From Fimicolochytrium jonesii (Eukaryota): a stretch of 55,701 nt of DNA. Position numbers and translations under genes: made by a program. Shown one piece after another: positions 14,009 to 25,993 of this stretch; the first letter of the stretch is position 1, and every line of letters starts with the position of its first letter. The stretch covers positions 372,001-427,701 of the forward strand of contig NW_026515694.1 in assembly GCF_025526975.1 (NCBI RefSeq), written 5' to 3'. A model generated the notes under the pieces. It saw only the letters and a program-made list of their open reading frames with translations, was not told the DNA's origin and searched no databases.

Positions 14009-15557
14009 TCAGACTTGCGAGATGGCGTGGAGGGATCCGTCCTGCGGTATTCCTGGTAGCTCCGAGATTTGCGAAATCTGAGGAATCTGAGGAATTTGAG
14101 GGATTTGTGGCATATCCGGAATCTGTACGTGAGGGTGTGGGACGAGGTCCGGTTCCTGATAGTGTTCACTATCCTGTAAAATAGGTGGAAAAGTGAATAT
14201 ACGCTTTTCGAGCGTGGATGAGACTTGGATGTATAACTCACAAGCCGCGGCTTCTTTCGACGCAATTCTTCCTCGTGCGACCCAACTTGCGCATGGTACG
14301 CAGCTAGTTGTTGTTTGAGCGCCTCGTTTTCTACCCGCATCTGTTCCACTTGGGATCCCAATTCAGAAATACTAGTAACACCACACGAAGTTAGTGGAAC
14401 CCCGATTGAAGAGTGCAAAAACGAACACAAACGCCTACGCTTGTTCACATAAGAGCTTCTCGAGTGTCCATTTCTCCAAGTTGTTGGCTTCTGCCTCCTT
14501 CAATTGATGAATGTACTGAATGACACGCGACAAGATACGGCCCTTGTTCGTCTTTTCGCCTTCCGGCAGAAGCTTGGCCAATTCATTGATCCCCTCATTG
14601 ATAGTTTCACGCCTCCTCCTTTCCACCTCCTTGTGGTTCAATCGACGTTGTTTGATCCACTCCTCGGATCCTACGGGCAGCTTGGATTCGCCCCCTGGAG
14701 TATCTTGCGATTGAGATGGTGGCGACCCAGAGGCGTTTACTTGAGCGGCAACCTGTTGCGCTGCAGCTTGAGCAGCGGCGGCAGCTGCGAAGTGGACTGC
14801 TTCCAAACCAGGTGGCGTCGCAAAGTCAGCGGGAAGGGTTCGTGGTGTGCCGGGACTTTGAGCTATGAGCGACTGGGTGTCGCCGGCAACAGATGAGGCG
14901 TCCCCGCCGAGTTGGTGGTGTTGCGCCTGTTGACCGCTTTGATGCTGAGCAACGGCCTGCTGAACGACTTGCCGAGCAGCTTCCAATGCGGCCTGTTGGA
15001 CGGCGGCGTGCTGTGCAACGCTTTCAGCGTGCTGCGCGGCAATTTGTTGGACCACCTGTTGCACATGCTCATCTAGCTCTTCTGCGGTGATTTGTCCATG
15101 CTGGCCATCTTGCTGTAGCAGGAAATGATGTTCTAACGCGGCAGCGTGGTCCGCAGCAGTCTGTTGCGCTGAAGAAGTCGCTATATGCTGTGGCGGGCTG
15201 GTTGGTAGCGGGTTGGGAGTTTGGCGGTCCTATGATAAGAAACACTAGTTAGGAACGTGAAACGTCAAACAAGAACGAGCAGACCCGGTCCGTCGCGGGA
15301 CCATCACACACCAGACGAACGTCACCCTGGCCGTGGACGTCATGATAGCCTTCCACCGGAGCGTCGGCCTTGGCACCCGGGATATCCACGCTACCAGGCG
15401 CTGGGAAACCTTCGACGTGTTGGTGCTGCTGCTGTTGCTCCTGTGGATGGTGCGTGTGCTGCTGCTGCTGCAGCTGCTGATGTTGAAGCTGGAGCTGCTG
15501 CTGCTGCTGCTGCTGCTGGTTGTGGTGATGCTGGTTGTGGTGATGATCGTCCGCCAT
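14009..15557 (-). CDS. CBF1: Cbf1-like bHLH-zipper transcription factor with poly-Q/His N-terminus; multi-exon
   Basis: VGSEEWIKQRRLNHKEVERRRRETINEGINELAKLLP, NKGRIL and NNLEKWTLEKLLCEQA are the fungal Cbf1 signature; ATG at 15557, TGA at 14009-14011 after splicing. Confidence 0.85.
15423..15545. repeat. CAG/CTG trinucleotide-rich tract encoding poly-Gln/His of the bHLH factor
   Basis: Runs of ctgctgctg and gtggtgatg visible directly. Confidence 0.9.
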
Positions 15558-16597
15558 GGCTGCAGTGCTGGTGGTGCTTGTCCGAAAGGTGTTGGGGAAA
15601 ACGTGACTTGCGAGTGTCGGTGTGAGCTCCCGTGCTTTCGCCGGACGGCTATATTTGAATCTCGCCCGTCTTTTTCTTTGCCCACAAGTTGATTGAATTG
15701 GAACATGCGACCTGAGGAGTGAGCTCACATGACGCGCGCCACCGACAGCTCCAAATATGCCCTGACACTGTATTACAGTAGGTCGATGGAAGCATATTGG
15801 AACAAAAAAAAAGCAAATGAAGACGTGTCGACGCTACGCAGCCAGCCGGCATCCCTGCAAAGGTCAGGGAACGAACGACTCGCCACCTTTGCGAAGGGCT
15901 GACTCCGCCTGAGAATCGAGAATCGAGATGCCAGGTGCAATACAGTAGGCAAGTCCCTTGTGGACACAACTCACCGCACGGCGCAAAGGGGTGCAGCACG
16001 GTCCCCCATCCGTCTGTTTGCGTGCGCGCTTGGTGACTGACGCTCGGACGAACAACAAGGCTTGGCGCACTTCCTGTCAACCGAACATTACAGCAGCGGG
16101 CGGTCCCCGGTCATTGCTGCGTGGGCTGGCTGGTATGGCTGGCATGTAGTAGCAAACTTGCAACCAACGCCTTGCCGCTTTCATCCCTTTCGACTACTTC
16201 CGAGTCCCCAACAACAACGCAACGAGCTTATTTGCTCCGCTGCACAGGCCCTTGGCTTTCTGCGTCAGCCTCGGCCGCCGGCCCCCGTGTCGAAGAATAA
16301 CTCTAAACTTCCTTCAAAAGTCGGACCTGCAATCTGAAAGCCTCCCGAAGTTCCAAACCCATCTACCCGCACCGTCTCTTAGTACCCCCCATCACCGTAC
16401 CGCAAAACAAACGTGGGAACATCTCTAGCAATTTCACGAAGAAACACCGACGCTCATTTCCCACGGCCATCGACCCGTGGAAAGCCGATTAGCGGGTTCC
16501 AGAGGGTCACTTCGAGAAGAACAATGAGAAGAGGGCCTCGCTTCTCGGTCATATCGCACTTTGTAAAAAACATCCGACTTCACGCACACCCTACCAC

Positions 16598-17380
16598 ATG
16601 TCGGTCTGCTCTGTCTCTCCAAAAACTGGCCCCGGGCTTCCGTCGCCAAGCATCCTCGAGACGGACGAGTTGCCAGAACTCCCCAGTCCCGCGCCTTTAC
16701 CGGACGAGCCCATAGGGTTTGAGCCTTTACGGCGGGATGGAAAGGAGGAACACAGCGACTCGCCACTTGCCCTTGGCGATAAAAGGACGAGCGAGTACGA
16801 AAACAACGTCGTTCGTCCTTGGAAAGGCGTCACCGACGGGCTGGCCCGGGTATGCTTCGATTGTACAGTCACAGTTCAAGCAGTCTATGGGAACCACGAC
16901 TACGATCGAACGCCCATAGGTGTTGTGCCACTCACCAAAGCAGATATTTTTGAGCTTGTGAGGTACCGAGGAGAACTCGCACGAGCTACGCCGAAAGCAG
17001 AATGCGCAGTGACTACCGACGGGAAGGACATCAATGCTGCACCGTTACCGTCTGACTCTGCCGAGAATTGGAAGCACGAATCCGAGGTTTCAAAACAGAC
17101 ATCAGCATTCCCATCGCCATCACCACCATCCGTCTCGTCGCCTCCCTTTCCGGTCCCAACAGTTTCATCGATACGGAGCAACCCACCCTTGTCTTGCTCA
17201 ACGCCATCCCCATTTCCCAATGGCCGGCTCTCCATACCTCTGGTGGCAGTTCCGCCTCCCACCTTATATCCCATCATACCGCTTCACAAGCGCCCGTCCT
17301 TTTCGTCGCGCCATCATCTGTCACAGGGTCAGGCAGGGGCGCAACCACCGAGCGCCGGTGCTGCTATCGCCGCCGGCTGA
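16598..17380 (+). CDS. Hypothetical protein with a Phactr/neurabin/Bni4-type PP1-binding string (RVxF-PhiPhi-R)
   Basis: RVCFDCTVTVQAVYGNHDYDRTPIGVVPLTKADIFELVRYRGEL resembles neurabin RKIHFS...YSNEDYDRR and the Phactr DYDR...LT..D motif; the remainder is Pro/Ser low complexity. Confidence 0.55.
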   Translation: MSVCSVSPKTGPGLPSPSILETDELPELPSPAPLPDEPIGFEPLRRDGKEEHSDSPLALGDKRTSEYENNVVRPWKGVTDGLARVCFDCTVTVQAVYGNHDYDRTPIGVVPLTKADIFELVRYRGELARATPKAECAVTTDGKDINAAPLPSDSAENWKHESEVSKQTSAFPSPSPPSVSSPPFPVPTVSSIRSNPPLSCSTPSPFPNGRLSIPLVAVPPPTLYPIIPLHKRPSFSSRHHLSQGQAGAQPPSAGAAIAAG

Positions 17381-18094
17381 TAGGTGCATGCTGCATTCCT
17401 TGCCACCTCGCACACTTTTGGAACTCTGAGTTGGACGCTATCGTTCACTTTGCCCTCTTGTTGGCACTGCACCGCCCCCCGGCAACGTCAGTGCAATGAA
17501 CTCTGTATAGCCCGCCATCCCCACGCCATCCCATCCTATCACCATCGCCATTGTTGCTCGCCCCCAGACAATCTGCAAGATACGGATTCGCTGCCGGCAC
17601 CCTTGACTCCTTCAAGATACATACCCAACATAGACGCTATTTGTTACATATATTTAGGACGGTTTTCGAGGACACGTTTTTTTTGTCATTTGGTGGTCGG
17701 TTGGACACTCACTGCGGTGTTTTGGAGTGCAAAGACATTCTCAACCCTTACTTCTGTGACGGACACTTGTCGTTCTCTTTTGTATATGCCAGACCCCGTT
17801 CGATAAATGTCGCAAAGTCGCAAAATATGCCACGCTCATATCGAAAGCTTCTTCGGCTGGATTTGCTGCTGTACTGTACAATCTGTGCATCCGCCGCTCT
17901 GGTGTTCGGAGATCTCCAAACAGCTCTTTGTGCGTCTCACATACTTTTTTCGTCCGGCTGGTTCAATTTTGAGGAGCCGCCCACGCAGCTCATTTTCGAG
18001 TTTTCGTCGCCGCGAAGGGTTGAAGAGGAATTGCACCTCAGGATCACTGCCAAACATAGGACCCTTTGTGACCTCCTCTTCCACCGCAACAAAA

Positions 18095-18755
18095 ATGGAA
18101 CCTCCTCGCCACCCCACCGTCTCCTGCCATCCCATCCACGGCACAACCCTACGAACCATCCACATAAACCGAACCTACGACCACCTCGATACTCCGCAAT
18201 TCGCCCTCGACTTCCCGCAGGAACTCGCCGGCAAGCTCTCTCCATCTGTGCTGAAAACCACTGTGTCGAGGATAAACGGATTGCTGTTGGAGGCGGGTGC
18301 GGTCAGCGGCAGCAGCTTTCTGCAGAACTGTCTGGCTTGTGCGAGCTGTTTTGTGACGGATTTGTTTGTGAAGAGCAGGATGGAGAAGGTGGGTTATCAC
18401 TCACATCTGGCATACAGGACCTTGGAATGGAAAGATCTAGTTTGATACTTACATAGGATCCCGTTGAGCAGACGCTGCAAGTAATTGCAGATTTTGTGGA
18501 GCAGGAAAACCACAAGCATTATCGGTCAGCTGGTCTGCAGTTTTTGGTAGGGGCCACGGCGAGGGTGTGACCATGTTGCTTTCAAAATAGTGGCTTACCT
18601 CAAAACCCGCTCTTGTTGCAGGATCCGAGGAAAACTGGGTTGATGCATGTAAGCTTGTTTTTTATATGTGGAGCCGTCTCCCTTTTGTTCCGATGGCAGC
18701 TTGGTCGATGATTTACGTTATTTCCTTTTTTTAGCTCGAAATATTGATCAAGTAG
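18095..18755 (+). CDS. ERF4: Erf4/Golgin-A7 family (Ras palmitoyltransferase accessory subunit); 4 exons
   Basis: IHINRTYDHLDTPQFALDFPQELAGKLS, TVSRINGLLLEA and LQNCLACASCF; spliced exons DFVEQENHKHYRSAGLQFL/DPRKTGLMH/LEILIK, TAG at 18753-18755. Confidence 0.85.
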
Positions 18756-19691
18756 AGGACGATCGAGATCACTAAACGAGTGCGAAGCAGGTCGAGAAAA
18801 AATTCCCAAAATCGATATTGGAAACAGAAACCCTTCTGCCGGACGGAAGGATATGGCAAACCTCGTCCAGTACCCTCGAGTTCGACATAAATTTTCCTGA
18901 CGCTCCCGATAAGCACTTAGTCGGGTCTGGAACGCGGATGGCGGGTCTGATAGCCGCCGATTTCCTGCCAGTCACGTTCCGAAGCGGCTGGTCCGCGAGC
19001 AATGGATGTCGGTCCGGTCGCCTTTTTGGATGTCATACATGAATCTTTTCCTCTTACGATTTTTTGGAGCAGGTCGTCGCGATGGGGATAAGGCTCCGAA
19101 TGGACAGGCTGCTCAAACACATATCCTAGTGTTGTGGGGCTATTACGAACGGGGATTAGGAAGGTTCTGAAGGGGAGCTGGACGCTGGGAACGTCGTGGG
19201 ATGGTACGATCTACATATCAGGACTGCGCCCCGTAGAAGAAGCGTGATGGGCTCCGCCGCCTGTTATGTATCTAAACACAAGTGCTGACTATGTAGAGCA
19301 TCCGTTCGGCTTTCAGTGCCAGCTAGATTTTACAAATCGTAACTACGGACCGCTTGTACGTCTTTTCAACGAGAGATATATTGCATAGCTCGACGAGTTC
19401 GAACACTCGGCCGATGGACAGCCTCGCAAACTCCAATACAAAACGGCGATGGCCAAAACTAATTACAGAAAATGTGAAAATCATACGCCGGATGGGATGG
19501 GGGAGGACTACGCCGGCAATGCTTGTGAACGTATCAACAGTCGTTTTGTACAAAGGTTCGTAGTTTAGATCGTTCGTCCATCGATCCAGATCGACGGAAC
19601 TGCTCCCGCATTCCCAGAATGCGTGGAGACATGCTGATTCTGATGGTTACGGAGGAGGTGGTGACTCGAAAGGCAGGTTGTTGGCGCGCAT

Positions 19692-21355
19692 TTAATCCAG
19701 CTCCAACCGAGGTCGTCGGCCTTCGACTTTGGACATGCCTTCTTCCATTTCCATCGGTTTGGCTTGTGACTTGGATCTGCCGACTAAACGAGGGGAGAAC
19801 CAAATTGGCACCGTATGAGCAAGAGCCATAGAGAAATAAAACGAAAAAAAAGTCCATACCCATCTCCCCTAGCCCTTGGTCGAAGCCATTCAAGCACAGA
19901 ATGGCATTCCACATTGTCGCGAAGTTGAGTACTAGTTGCACTGCACCTGTGACGAGAGAGACGCGTCAATGTCATTCGTAAGTTTCAGACGAATACGCCA
20001 CAGTAGCTTACCGAAACTGACGAGCCATCGGTGGGTAGCTTGGAGGTGCATTGCGAAGTCATTGCCAGAAGATGCTGCAATCAGGATGTAGATCACTCCA
20101 ACAACGTTTCCGGCGATCAAACCGAAGAAGCAATACATGGCCCCACGGTTCGTATGCTGAATAGCATACCATCCACAGAGGTAGTAGGTGACTCCGACGA
20201 AAATGAGGAGGATCATGGGCGCGATCCAATGGGCGGAGATGCTGTGAGATAGGGCTATTGCAAGCGCCACTTGAAGTATGATTCCCAGAGAGAAGTATAT
20301 GTTCAGTTTGAGGAACAGAACGAACAGATGGACGTGGCGAAGGAGGCGCTTCTTGACCAGACTCGCGCCTTGCTGCTGGAAGATTTCCCAACCGTAATCC
20401 CGGTAGACTTTGTACGCAAGGAAGCAACTGATCGCGGCCATGACGGCCATAAGGCCGAGGATGACAAACGCGACGTTTAGCGCGTCATGAAGATGTGCGT
20501 TGGACCTATCGGCGTGCCTTATCAATTCATTCATATCGATGATTTTGGTACCATCGCTAGGATGCGCCGGTGAATCTTTCTCTTGGATTCCCCATGGAAG
20601 AGTGGTGGCGCAGTATTTCTTACTCGAGGAGCCCATTGCAATTCGGTTTGTGTATGCGGCCATGATATCCTTTTGTCTACCCTTTGGATCATTTTGATAC
20701 CCATCCGGGATAGCGGCCATCCAGCTCTGTAAACAGTAATCCAATGATTTTATTTCGTCCACCTCTGCATTGATTGGAAGTGAGCATTAGCGAGACGACC
20801 TTCGCAGACCTGACGTTTCAAATCACTTACGGATGATGGAATATACGAAACATGCCACATTGAAACACGCGACAGCGATTGCTTGCATGGTATTTTGATG
20901 CCGGGACTGCAGCAAATGAGAGCAGCCGTAAGTGATCGGGAAAGATATTTGGGTCTTTCAGCAGTTGGGAAACTTACAGCTTCGTAGGTGAGCCAGGCTT
21001 GGAATATCATTCCGATTATGAACAAGGCGAAGTACACCATGACAATCACGATATCAGCGGATTTCTCGAAGCCGTCCACGAGAAATCGGCGCACATGTAC
21101 TATGATCAAAGCCTCAAGAGCAATGATAATGATGGCCGCCGTCACGGAGGAGCCGACCGCCCATTGCGGCCAGCTCACTTTGGATAAGAAGCTGGGGATC
21201 GAGGACGAAGAGTTCTGAGCCACCGGCGGGGACGGTAAAGGCTCCGAGACGGTGTTGATTCTGTATTGGTCGTGCGGGTGAACCGCTGAGCTCGTCGTCG
21301 AGTACGTTGATGTCGGCCTGTTCCAGGCGGCGCCTTTTTTCTCGACGGTCGCCAT
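19692..21355 (-). CDS. UPF0658-like multi-pass membrane protein; multi-exon
   Basis: AYKVYRDYGWEIFQQQGAS and LFLKLNIYFSLGIILQ; several hydrophobic helices; CLNGFDQGL and C-terminal RPRLELD, TAA at 19692-19694. Confidence 0.7.
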
Positions 21356-22150
21356 TTGGCAAAGGTTCTTTTCCTTCGCGCAGCGGCTGCCTGCTTTTTC
21401 AACTCGAAGCGGTGGTGGTGATGGCGGTGGTGGTGGTGGTTTTCCTCAAGCTGTAGCTCCTAGTCAAACTGCTTCCAACTGCGTAGGTGAGGCTCAGTAT
21501 GTGGGTAGATTGCTGGAATGTCGAGTTTTTCTCCTCTTTCTACTCTTTTCCCATCCGTCTCCAGCCTGCCTGCTTGGGATGGGGGATTGGATGGGGATGG
21601 GATCTGGAGGCCGCACCGTTACTTATCCGTCTTGTCCGCCACCGCTCACGTTCTGGCTAATTGAGACAATTGGCCCCTCCGTGCTCGCCGCTAACCCAGG
21701 CTCCCGTGCCGCGGTAGGCCGCTCTGCATTCGACACAGTTATCGCGATTGGTGTGCTGAAGATAACTAACAGGGCCACAGTATGTCGTTCAGTTCGGTTT
21801 GGTCCTCTTCTTCCCACGACCTCCTCTTCTTTCTGGCCTGCGATGATCTACTGCACAAGCGGACGATCTCTCTGCCCGTAAGAAGGCGTGCAAGAAATAA
21901 GGAAGAAAGCGCGGGATATCCCATGAGTCGGCACCTTTACTTTTGCAACTCCATATGCCATACAGATCGGTTTTCTTTTCGAGTGCCACTTCACGAGGCT
22001 GGTGACGAAGCACAGGCAGAGAGTTTCTCTACGCTTGAAGGGCTTGGCACCCGCTAGATTATATCAACCCACAGAAGTCGTGAACCGGCAAGACTTTGTC
22101 ACCATAAGTCGGGTTATCGCTCAGCCGTAGGACGTCGTAACGGAGATATC

Positions 22151-24306
22151 ATGTCGCAAGGCATCAAAATAGTGCCTCTCGGCGCTGGTCAAGATGTGGG
22201 GAGAAGTTGTATTCTGGTTACGATAGGTGGAAAGAACATAATGTTTGACTGTGGGATGCGTACGTATCCAGTTGTTCAGACCTTGGGAATAGTGGAAGAA
22301 TTTCATTGACAGAAGTTTTGCATCTCATAGATATGGGCTATTCTGATGAAAGACGATATCCAGAGTTCTCATACATATCCAAATCCGGAGACTATGACAC
22401 AAACTTGGACTGCATCATTATATCCCACTTTCATCTGGATCACTGTGGATCCCTTCCACACTTTACCGAAAAATGCGGTTACACCGGGCCGATCTACATG
22501 ACATATCCCACGAAAGCCATCTGTCCCATCTTACTGGAAGACATGCGGAAAGTGTCAGTGGAGCGCAAAGGCGAAAAGAACTTCTTCACCAGCGACGACA
22601 TACGCAACTGCATGAAGAAGGTGATACCCGTGGATCTTCATCAGACAATCTTCGTAGATGGGGAGCTGGAGATCAAAGCATACTATGCTGGCCACGTTCT
22701 CGGGGCTGCTATGTTCCATGTGAAAGTGGGGAATGAGAGCATCGTTTACACTGGCGACTACAACATGACGCCAGATCGCCATTTGGGTGCTGCCTGGATT
22801 GACAAGTGCCGACCTGATTTGCTAATCACCGAATCGACGTACGCCACTACGACGCGGGAATCCAAGCGCACGCGTGAGCACGATTTCCTCCGAAAGGTGC
22901 ACGATTGCGTGAGCAAAGGCGGCAAGGTCCTCATCCCCGTCTTTGCATTGGGCCGCGCGCAAGAACTATGTATCTTGATTGAGGCTTATTGGGAACGCAT
23001 GGACGATCTTCGCGGGAAAGTGCCGGTGTTCTTCTCGGCGGGAATGACGGAAAGGGCAAACGAGTACTACAAACTGTTCATCAACTGGACCAACGAAAAG
23101 ATCAAAACCACCTTTGTCGATCGCAACATGTTTGACTTCAAGTTCATCGACACATACCAAACGCACCTGGGAGACGAGCCCGGGCCTATGGTCGTCTTTG
23201 CATCGCCAGGCATGCTGCACGCTGGTACATCGCTGTCGGTGTTCAAGAAGTGGTGCCATGATCCCAAGAACATGGTCATTCTGCCCGGATACTGCGTTGC
23301 GGGAACTGTCGGCGCGAAAGTTCTGGCCGGGGAGAAGCAGATTCAGATTGATGCACATACCCGCGTTGACGTTAATATGCAAGTGGAGAATCTGTCATTC
23401 TCCGCACACGCAGACGCGAAAGGCATCCTGCAGCTCATCAAGATGTGCGCGCCGAGGAACGTCATGCTGGTGCATGGCGAGAAGAAAAAGATGGCGCTCC
23501 TGAAGTCCCGCATCGAAGCAGATCTGGGCATTCCGACTTTCGATCCTGCAAACTTCGAGGTCGTCCACATCGGAGGACCGGCCGATAAAACCAAAACGAG
23601 AGAAGTATATGTAAGCGCTGCCGTCGTGAAGAAAGCGTGGGCTGGCGCCGTCGAGAAAGTCTACGCCGCCGCCGCAACCTCAACTTTAGCGTCGGCCTTG
23701 CCAGCGCCCGGGACACCCATCAAACCTCGCCCACCGCCCCTCGATCAACTCGCCTCCCTCACCTCTGTACCCATCTCTGGAACACTCGTGCAAACGCCTC
23801 TTCGACCGGGCGTGAAGAACGGCAGCTCCCTCACGACCCTCCACATTCTCCCGCCTCCCAAAAGCCAGCCGCAGCGACATACTTACGCAATCACCAAGGC
23901 CCTCGATCCTTACCGACACATGATAGCGGTCAAGCCTGAGATTAAGCTCGAAACACCAGTTGCGGATGTCAAAGAACACTTGTTTGGCTTCATGCGCCTG
24001 CCGGATGCGTACCGACGGTTGCTTGCAGCGGTATCGCAAGCATTCACGCAATACGCGCCGGACGTGCGTGTGTCTCATCAGCAGTCGAAAATCGAATCCG
24101 GATTGGACGATGTTGTGGTGATCACGGCCCTTCCAGGAGTGGGAGTGAAGGAAGAGGAGATTGGGTACCCGAAAACGACCGCTTCGGATTCTAGCCTTAC
24201 CATCGCCGCCGCGCGCAATCAAGAGTGTGCTGTCGTCATCGAATGGTCTGCCAACGCCGATGATTTGGCATCTAAAGTCATGGATCTGCTGAGTTCCGTG
24301 TTTTGA
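22151..24306 (+). CDS. INTS11: Integrator complex subunit 11 (CPSF73-like metallo-beta-lactamase/beta-CASP endonuclease); intron 22260-22330
   Basis: [77 protein letters not shown] and FSAHADAKG are INTS11-type rather than CPSF73/Ysh1-type. Confidence 0.93.
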
Positions 24307-24774
24307 GAAATGGTTGGATCATACGCTACATTCCCAGCCGCATCTGGAATCAACGACGAGCAATGCACAGAGGGCGCCAAAACGGAAACAAAGACTTCAA
24401 GCTATTCCGTATATAATGCCAGTAGACGGCGAAGCGGACCCAACTACATATACGAACTCGAGGGATCCCGGGTCGGAGTAGCTACATACAGGCGATGCCC
24501 ACGCCGTTTGGTCCCTAAATAGCCACGAGCAGAAACCAATCGATACCAATGATAATTTAAGTTAGGATTTGTACAATGGCGTAAAAGGAACGAAGGTGTG
24601 ATTCTCATGGGATGACGATATATAGATTGTCGCTCCTACGTGATGAGAATGCGTCGTGCCGGCTTCATCGTCGTAACAAGATGTCGTCGTGACCGACATC
24701 GGCTCGCTCAGCATTGTGATGGATGGCAGAGATTAAAGACGAGGTCGTCCTTTTCGCCCTGACGCGCGGTGCCC

Positions 24775-25637
24775 TCACGCGGCTTCCTTTCGGTCCTTCT
24801 TCTTTGTCTTCTTCTTCTTCTTCGCTGGTCCCTTCTCGTCTCCTGCTTCACTCCTGGAATCTGGTGTGCTGGCGCCTGATGTTGGCAGTGTGGAAGGGGC
24901 GTTTGCTTTCGCTGCCGGTATCTCTGGTATTTGTAGATTCCGTAGGAAATCATCCGCGTCTTGTTCCAGTTTCCGTTTCTTCACTTCCTCTGTTGGCATT
25001 GGCGTAAGAAGTTAAGAGGTGCAAAAATATATATAGGGGTCTCAACCCGAGAGACTCCAGTGTACTCACCGTTAACTTCCGAATTTGCTATCAGTGAGTT
25101 GTTGATGAAACGCTTCGCCGCTCCTTTGTCAATTCTCATGGTAGCTACAATTGGTCGATAATCATAAGCTTCTCTGGTGCCTCGATTGGGCATTTGTCTG
25201 CAACCATAGGGCTCTTCCTTACGTTTGTTCAATCCGGCGGCATCCTTCAGCTTCTTGAAGTACTCTTTCACCCGGTCCAGCTCAATCTTTACTGGGTGCT
25301 CTTTCGTACTGTGCCCTTGTGTTCTCAGATAAACTGCAAGTGCGGGACATTACAGTGCTGCAGGGTCAATTTCCAGTCCTCTCCAGCCCTTCTACGCCCC
25401 TCCGTGAAACGCTTGCCTCCGTAGGAACGTACCGAAAGTAATGGTATTCAGCGCAAAGGCAAGCAGCACTTCGAGTTTCGCACGATCGAAGGCGTCCAGA
25501 GTGGCCAACAGCTGATCCAGCGGCGCATCCAGCACCGGATCAAGGAGGCTCGTCAAGTTGGTAACGGCCTTCTCGAAGTTCGCCATTTGCCCTGTGAGGA
25601 CGGCAGAAGCGTCCTGGTCCTCCTGCTCAACAGGCAT
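24775..25637 (-). CDS. C1D: C1D/Rrp47 (Sas10/Utp3/C1D family) nuclear exosome cofactor; 4 exons
   Basis: DRAKLEVLLAFALNTITF/VYLRTQGHSTKEHPVKIELDRVKEYFKKLK and MRIDKGAAKRFINNSL; Lys-rich tail. Confidence 0.85.
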
Positions 25638-25993
25638 TGTCGTTTCTCTGTGCGTGAGACAAGTATTGGAGTGGCCCTGAGAGTGTGTTTTCGTCTGAGC
25701 GGCCTTCTTTCTCTGCGTAAGGCCGAGCGAGAGCGTCCGTCTTCCCTTCCAGAAGCGGATTCAGCGCGTTCTCCCAGCGGAGGGGCGCACGGCGACACGA
25801 CACGAGAAAAACCCCCACAAACACCAAAGGGCCAAAAGAAACAGGCTGGACATGAGAAGCCGGTTGACTACCCCCCACGTCATTACACACAGGCCTCTGA
25901 ACTAACCTCGCGGCTCTAAAGAGTCGCTCGCCCCAGCACAGCAGAGCATCGCAGCCGTACCCACCTTGATCAGCAAGCAGAAATATAGCCCGT

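Noticed and set aside
17551..18094. 301-aa ORF and upstream extension overlapping ERF4
   Set aside because: Alternative frame or UTR; ERF4 similarity starts at the ATG at 18095.
1547..25637. SMG6, TFIIIC, INTS11 and C1D as a functional RNA-processing cluster
   Set aside because: They are interspersed with unrelated genes; nothing beyond chance in a gene-dense genome.
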